Shown here piece by piece: positions 51,801 through 60,800 of a DNA stretch of 64,000 nucleotides (position 1 is its first letter; the number at the start of each line of letters is the position of its first letter). The notes under the pieces were generated by a model. The model was not told where the DNA came from. It saw only the letters and a program-made list of their open reading frames with translations, and did not search any database. The DNA comes from Asterias rubens (Eukaryota), in the NCBI RefSeq assembly GCF_902459465.1, contig NC_047078.1:12772001-12836000 (forward strand), read 5' to 3'. Made by a program: the position numbers and the translations under genes.

Positions 51801-54800
51801 CTTAGACGGAATGATACCTGTCAAGGATGAGCATGATCACAGTATTCTACCAGCTACTTACCTGGAGAAACTCTTCATCTTTGCTCTGATGTGGAGTCTT
51901 GGTGCTCTACTAGAGTTAGATGACAGGGTCAAGATGGAGGAGTTCATGTTGGGCCATGAGAGTAAACTCAACTACCCTCAGATAGAGCAAGAGAGTGGAC
52001 ATACTATCTTTGAATTTGTCGTCAACAGTCAAGGTATGTCAGTCATTAATGGTTTCCTTTTATTTCATTTGCAAAAAAAAACCTTGGGATTTTATAGCAT
52101 GCCCATAGTCTACCAACACACGTGGAAGAACAATTTGTTTGTTTAATGGTTTTTAAAGAATGTACACTTCCATCAGTAAATGTGCAAGTTAGTATAGTTG
52201 CCCAATCATGAGGGGCTAACCAAATCAACTGCATAGCAAGATAACTTGATTGGTTCTGTTTGTAAGGAAATTTACATCTCTAATTGTATTTTACTATGAC
52301 CATGTTTAGGTTTTCTCACTTCTAGAGTTTGGGATGTCAACTTCATAAAGTGGACTTTGTTATAATAATCTCAGATTAAGACTAGTCATGTTATTTGATT
52401 GATTGATGTTTTAGGCCAGTGGGAGCATTGGTCTGTCAGGGTTCAGGAGTATATCTACCCTAGTGATTCGGTGCCAGTCTATACATCTATCCTTGTACCT
52501 AATGTGGACAACGTAAGAAGTAACTTCCTTATTGATACCATCTGCAAACAGAACAAGGCAAGTTGTTTACTGATTTTACATTTTGTATCTGATTTTACAA
52601 GCTCACTTCAAGTTAAATGTTTTGAGTATCCCATCATTGCTCAAATTTGACTGATTAGTACTCATGTTATACAGAGCATCCATGGATCAGTCAGATTCAA
52701 CAGATTTTAAAAGCTTGCCAAAGGGATAAGCACTTTATTTGGTCTCAAACTCCCTGATATGTGTTTTGTATCAACATTGCTAATCCAATTTAATTTCTAT
52801 CAGTTTGTCATGACCTCCTGATAAATGGCAACAAAACCTCATTAAAATCTGCAGGAACCATGTACAACTTGAAACATGAGTCCTTAAAAACACCCACAAA
52901 ATCCAGGACAAGTTAAACTGTTGGCTTGTTAATTAAGAAAGTTTGGAAAGATATCTTGGTTCTGCATTTCAGCTCCCTGTCTTTGTCCAGATGGGGTCTA
53001 GCGTTGTAAAATAAAAGTATGTTTTGGTTGTTGCCATTGTGGATTACTTCAGGCGGTACTATTGATTGGTGAACAAGGCACGGCAAAGACTGTCATGATT
53101 AAAGGTTACATGGCCAAGTATAATCCAGATGTTCATATGAGTAAAAGCTTCAACTTCTCTTCTGCTACAACTCCCATGATGTTTCAGGTAACTTATTAAT
53201 TTCTTCAATATAGCAATTGCTGTTATTTACACATCTGAACCGAATGCTTGAAAATTAAAGTATATTTAATCGACCTGGAGTCAGCATTGAAATGTACATT
53301 TCCTATTTTTCCACAGGACTCTGGGAAAGCACCAATTGTACAGTGATTTTTGGATTGAACAAAGAATTGACTAGAGTGGGGTTCGAACCAACGACCTCCG
53401 GATTAACGTGCCGGCGCTCTACCAACTGAGCTATCTAGCCCTATATTGGCGGTGTCCCTATTTTGCCAATATCTTTGTTCGGGGGTGCCAGTCAGAAGCC
53501 ATACAACCGTTAACTGCCGTGTAGCCAGGGATCACACCCACAGGTTGTTGGTTCAAATCCCATTCTAGTCAATTCTTTGTTCAAACCCCAAAATCATTTT
53601 TTAAAATGTACCCAGTCAGTTTCCCTTGTTGCCAATTATACCGTGCTTACACATCGATGTATATCAAAACAAAAACGTTATTTTTTAGCCATTGTAAATT
53701 AATATATGTATAACTAAAATAGTACATAAGTATCTGTTGTGTACTTTATTACCAGCGAACCATTGAAAGCTATGTTGACAAGCGTATGGGAAGTACATTT
53801 GGACCTCCAGCAGGACGTAAGATGACAACATTTGTGGATGATATCAATATGCCAATCATCAATGAATGGGGGGACCAGGTAAACATGTCTACTACCAAGA
53901 GCAGTTACTGCATTTACTGCATCCCTTCTTTACAAGTCTAGCATGATTGTTATTTCACTTTAGTTTTTTAAATGGTATCATCCCCAAACTAAAGCCCGGT
54001 TCGTACTTCCTGCGAATGCGAACGCAAAGCGAATTTTATGTGAATTCATGACGTCAACATTCGCTTCGCATTCGTATTCGCAGAAAGTATGAACCGGGCT
54101 TAACCGATGGAATAAACTTCCAGTTCAATGGACTTGTTATATCTGTTGTGAAGGAAAAACATGCATTCATTGTTTTTTTTTTTGTTTTTTTTTTTTGTAT
54201 TTTTGTAGGACGTTTCCTTCTTTTGTGTTTATAAAAAAAACACTTTTCCTTAAAAGAGTAAACTATCTGAGAGAAGAACCCCGTATGCCAACTGTATGAT
54301 ATACCATTGTTGTTGTACACTTGACAGGTAACCAATGAGATAGTACGACAGATAAACTCTGTACGACAACTGTATGATATACCATTGTTGTTGTACACTT
54401 GACAGGTAACCAATGAGATAGTACGACAGATGATGGAGATGAAAGGAATGTATAGTCTAGAGAAACCAGGAGACTTTACTAACATAGTTGATGTTCAGTT
54501 CATAGCAGCAATGATCCAACCTGGAGGTGGTCGTAATGACATACCAGAGAGACTCAAAAGACAATTCTCTATCTTCAATTGCACACTGCCTTCAAATGCA
54601 TCCATTGATAAGATCTTTGGTAAATCCATACTCTTTGCTTTTTTTACGATAATCAAGAAGTCTGTCTGTTTGTGTCTTTGCTGGCATTTTGTTTTTTAAA
54701 TAGCAACAAGCAGTTTTTATTGGATTAAAAGTATCGTCAGCTTAAGTTATTGGCTTTTTGGTAATACATGGCATATTATGCCTCATGTAATTGTTTTGGT

Positions 54801-57800
54801 TTTAAATTATAGCCCTTAAATCTCACTCTTGCAATGTCACTTTTAGTTTTTAGAGAACACTTTTTTAACAACTCTAAGATGGGACTTTCATCTGGACAGA
54901 GAAGGTAAAGGTCTTTTTGATGAGACATTCCTAACCCTAACTTCTTGTATGTCTTAATGACAAATATTTATCAAGCAGAATGCAATTTGAATTATTTTCA
55001 TGATAAACACTTTTGTGGTAATGTAACCCTCAAAATGCTCTGCAGGAAGTCTTTTGAAGGTTGACTTTTATTTCTTTCATCCTGTGTGATGCACACATCT
55101 AGCAATAATGAAGACAGATGATATAATATAAGGTTTGCTTGATGACTTGTACAGGTATCATAGGCAGTGGGTATTTCTGCCCATCTCGTTTCAATGAGGA
55201 TGTAGTTGAGATAGTGCAGAAGCTAGTATCAGTCACCAGGAGTGTCTGGCAAGCTACCAAGGTATGTACTTATGTCTTTATTTAGTTCCATTACAACAAC
55301 CAGGACTAACCTGCAGTTGTCTAAGATATCTGATTGCATTGGCACATTAGCTCACCCCATTGCAGTGTTAGGGCCATGTGACCCGAGGCAACTTATTAGG
55401 CAACAAGTTCCAGGCAGTCTCCTGTTATGTAGTTTAGACATTCAATTTTAAATCTTCACATATAATCAAAGACCTTGTTACTTAGGTGCTACCAAAGTGT
55501 TTCTGTGGTGGGATGCATCTCTGTATGTTGCCTCCATTATTGCCTTTAAAAATTGCCTCGTGTGACAAAGCCCTTAGATTTATTTTGTGATTAAAAGGGT
55601 TTCTTAATAATAAATGCAGACATTATTCATAATGTTTTTGTTGGGTTTCATGTTGTCATTAAGACACATTCATAAATACCTCAGACAGTTTCACTATTCC
55701 TATTGGTGGAGGGCGCGTCACGTGGGTGTGTATAAATCTTTGCTTTGACCGGTAAAAAGTGCTGAAACATGGGCGTGACACGCGAGTTTGCACCTGTGCT
55801 TTCAGTTTCTTCATTTCTATTGGTCAAGAGCAACGTCCGAGACAATTGTGCCACATCACGCGATATGCGCGACGCGCACAGCATTCCCTTATAAGGAGTT
55901 GTTTACCCGAGGGCCTTGACTGGGCCTTACCATTTCATAGCTGGAGGGGTGTTGTGTTGAAAGATATCATTGAAAATTTATAATTTTTGCAATTATTTTA
56001 CTTTTTGACCATGAGTGTTGATGTTTTTTGACCGAAAAGGTATTTATGAATGGGAATCAAAGTGTGTTGAATCGGTTTTCACCTAGTAGTTTAAACCCGC
56101 CGAGGCCTGGTTCTTGATAATTTACCTCGACTTCGTCTCGGTAAAATTATCAAGAACCAATCCTCGTTGGGATTAAACCACTAGTTGAAAAGCTCTTCAC
56201 CACACATTGATTCCCTTATTTATTCCTGATGAAGTTGGTATGAAATTGATCTTTATGATTTCCTCTAGGTGAAAATGTTGCCCACTCCAGCCAAGTTTCA
56301 TTATATCTTCAATCTACGTGACTTGTCTCGTATATGGGAAGGCATGTTACATATAGCAGGAGATGAATGCCAAGATGTGACAACATTACTGGCTCTATGG
56401 CATCATGAGTGCACTAGAGTCATTGCTGACAGGTACAGTACAACATCAGTTATAAATCAAGAATCCTGCTATTCAAGATATTTGTTTCTGACTCATGAGT
56501 CTTTAGTTTGAGTAAATTTAAGCTGATAGATACAGGATTTTTGACCGATTTAAGGGTCTTTGTTGTGAATTTTACAAAGATAACCAAAATACAAAGTTAA
56601 CAAACGTTCTCGGTTTTTAAAATTTATTTTGTATATACATTGTCATTGTGGGAATTGTTGCAATATTTGTGTATATTTCTCTTTGTAAATATGTCTCGTG
56701 GAGATATCTAAAATATTCAGGATATTCCAATCAAGAGCTGCCACCTCTTCCTGATTCTGCAGAAAGTTCCCTGCAAATAAACCAATCTTTCCATGTTTTG
56801 ATGAACAGATTTGCAAATCTCCCTGATTGTGGAAACTTGTTCCCAATGATGTTTTAATTGATATTGCAATCTGTATTGATGTTGTAGTCTGTATGTTGAT
56901 ACATTTTGTTGTTGTTGCCAGTATTGGAATAAATGTCTAAACTAAAAAAGAAAAGGTACTTCTAAATATCTTGCTGATTGTTGTATAAAATGTCCCCGAT
57001 GGCAAGATGCAAGTGTTGGCAGCTCTGATAATCTTACTGTTTGTAGTGTAGCGACTTTTATCACTGAATTCCAGTAACTTTTGCCTTTGAATGACATTAC
57101 TGTTATAGATTTACCAATGGTGAAGATAAGCAATGGTTTGAGTTAGCCATCCGACGAGTAGCCAAAGAACAGCTTGATGAGTCTGTAGCTAAACTGATTC
57201 CTGATGAGCCATACTTTGTAGATTTCCTGCGGGATCCACCGGAACCTACTGGAGATGAACCCGATGATGCAGTTCTTGAGGCTCCCAAGATATATGAATT
57301 GGTAATCAACCTGATTTGATTGTGTTAAAATTGCTTCAGTAAAAAACATTGTTCATATTTAATTTGGAAAAGCTTTAAAGGCAGTGGACACTATTGGTAA
57401 TTGTCAAAGACTAGCCTTCACAGTTGGTGTATCTCAACATATGCATAAAATAACAAACCTGTGAAAATTTGAGCTCAGTCAGTCGTCGAACTTGCGAGAT
57501 AATAATGAGAGAAAAAACACCCTTGTTACACGAAGTTGTGTACATTTAGATGGTTGATTTCAAGACCTCAAGGTCTAAACTTGAGGTCTTGAAATCAAAT
57601 TCGTGGAAAATTACTTCTTTCTCGAAAACTATGGCACTTCAGAGGGAGCCGCTTCTCACAATGTTTTATACCACCAACCTCTCCCCATTACTTGTTACCA
57701 AGTAAGGTTTTGTGCTAATAATTATTTTGAGTAATTATCAATAGTGTCCCCTGCCTTTAAGACAACCTGCTCAGATGGGCGGAGTACTAGAAATATGTAT

Positions 57801-60800
57801 ACGGCAGGTTGACTACTTTGTTGGCTTCATAATTGTGCACAATAGAGTCCTATGTTAATGACAAAGCAGAGCTCACATTAGTTTTACTTTACAATGTCAC
57901 TAGATAAGCTTTCACAGAAGCAGTTGGTATAACACTTTTTTACATAACGTTAGCCAGTTTTAGAGTTTCAGATTAAATTAAGATGACATCAAAGCTGAAA
58001 TGAAAGTGATATTATAATCACCTTGATTAACAAAGATATGACAAATAGACCCATTGCATATGATGTCACACTCTCAAAAAGGAGACAGATCATTGGACAA
58101 TAGCTGTTCTCTGTCGTAAAAACGTGTGCGTTTCGTAGCGGTTCGCGTTATGCAAGGGGGAGCTATTGACTTCTTACACAATACAGAATGTGCATGTCTG
58201 TATACGATTTAGACACCCAAAATGACGCCTAGGGTAGGCACATGCGAGTACGCTGTGCATGTTGCAAGGGGTCTATAGGCTATCAAATATTGCACATAAT
58301 TGCATACAAAATTGTACTGTCATGTGTTGTATTCTGTACTGGAGAGGCTAGTCTCTGCAAAATACTGACTGAAATACTATGTTGTTGCTGTTTCAACCAG
58401 GGGTGCGTTCCACTCGCGCAAACGACTCGCAACTGTTCGCGCAAACATTTTTTTATCGTTTGAACGATTGGTGCGTATACGCGATGTCAATATGGCGGCG
58501 CCCTGAAATGAAGATGGCGCGCACCATACGTAGGTTTTTTTTTAAACTTCGTTTTTTCTGCAATAGTCCTCTTTTTGACATCATTACATCAACTAATTAA
58601 CTTTGTTATTCCAAATCTGCATTATCATCCACCAAAAATACAATGTAATCATGTTTGTGACAAAGAAATAATACCGTATGCTTGTCTGCCATTTTAAAAG
58701 CCACTTGCCAACACCTCAGAAGTATGTTCGCCTAAAGTTGCCAACGTTCGCCAACGGTGGCGGCGAACAACTCATTCCACTTGAAATTATTGGCGACGTT
58801 TGCGCGAGTGGAACGCACCCCAGGTGTTTTACATGAGTTTTTTTTTTCGGTGACACAACGGTTTTTGTGCTGTGGGAATTGCAGATGCAATTGAATATGT
58901 TAACATGGTATTGTACCTGATGTCATTATGGTTGTGATTGCATTACACCTTAGATACCAGGCCTAGACTTTCTAGCTGAGAAGCTTCAACAGTACATGTC
59001 CATGTACAATGACACAGTACGAGGAGCTCATATGGATCTAGTGTTCTTCAACGATGCAATGACGCATCTTATCAAGGTACCTGTTTACCATCAAGTTTTC
59101 AAATACTCTACTGTAGGTGACCCAAATCAATATCTCACAATAAAGAGATAGCTTGATCCTTCTAATTATTTAAGAGCAAATAAAGGATTATCTCAATATT
59201 TTATAACTATTACCTTTTTATGGCCAAATAGACAGCGTAGATACCGGTTAATAACCATTTTTCTCTCAAAATTTCCATTTAGTAATAAATAACTAGAGTC
59301 AAAAATGCACTCGGCCGTGTGGCTTTTTCAGCCGGTGGTCAAAAATGGCCGTACTGGAAGCTGTAATGACCACAATGTGTAACACATTGCTAAGAACTCT
59401 CTTACTACTATTTCCATGTTTAGATATCTCGTGTGATCCGTACTGGAAGCTGTAATGACCACAATGTGTAACACACTGCTATGAACTCTCTTACTACTAT
59501 TTCCATGTTTAGATATCTCGTGTGATCCGTACTGGAAGCTGTAATGACCACAATGTGTAACACACTGCTAAGAACTCTCTTACTACTATTTCCATGTTTA
59601 GATATCTCGTGTGATCCGTACTGGAAGCTGTAATGACCACAATGTGTAACACACTGCTAAGAACTCTCTTACTACTATTTCCATGTTTAGATATCTCGTG
59701 TGATCCGTACTGGAAGCTGTAATGACCACAATGTGTAACACACTGTGAACTCTCTTACTACTATTTGCATGTTTAGATATCTCGTGTGATCCGTACTGGA
59801 AGCTGTAATGACCACAATGTGTAACACACTGCTATGAACTCTCTTACTACTATTTCCATGTTTAGATATCTCGTGTGATCCGTACTGGAAGCTGTAATGA
59901 CCACAATGTGTAACACACTGTGAACTCTCTTACTACTATTTGCATGTTTAGATATCTCGTGTGATCCGTACTCCAGTAGGCAATACATTGCTTGTAGGTG
60001 TGGGAGGCTCTGGTAAACAGAGTCTTACTAGACTAGCTACATTCATAGCTGGATACAAGATCTTTCAGATCACACTCACAAGGTACTACATCTTACATCT
60101 TGTCAGCTTCTTCATTCAATTTTCATGTTTTTAGCGTGATGTTTTACAATAAATTGAATTGAATTGAATTTTTAAGCATTGTCAATTGACCATGTATTTA
60201 TTTTAAACAAGTTTTATACCAACATTGTTATGTTTTAAAAACTCATGCCACTTGAACTTTGTTGTTGAAGTCATTCTTTTCTGTTTCTCTGTTGAATATT
60301 TCACTCAATAGTTTATTTGTGTTATTTTTATGAAATTGAGCTGTTTGCATTACTTGCTAAATTAACATTATAATGCCTTCTGTTGAGTTACTTGACATTT
60401 TTGTTTACACATTTTAATAATTGCTTTTAAATTTGTTGTACTAACATAAGTTCAGTGCTTTATTATTTTGTGTTTATCTTGTTGCATTTAATCCTCACAG
60501 CATTTGAAGCAAGTAACTTTTACTGTCAGTTTTACCGTCTTTGGTAAGCAAATCTCTCTTTGCATTTGAAAGTTAATTTGTTTCTATTATATAATCTAGG
60601 ATCCAGTTTAAACATTACTTGTTACAAAACTTTCTGTTTGTATTTAATAAATTTGTTGTAGTTTGATGGTGTTTGGGTAACAAAAAGATGAATCTTAAAC
60701 TTAATTATCTATTGCAAAGTTGTAATTGAGCTATTACTTCAAATTGAAATATATAGCCCCTTCTTGTAGAATCAAATCTTATCTGTTATATTTGTGCACG

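Noticed and set aside
53368-53440. Functional tRNA-Asn gene
   Set aside because: Mismatches in the anticodon and T stems, A at the position normally occupied by a pyrimidine 5' of the U-turn, and embedding in a dispersed repeat.
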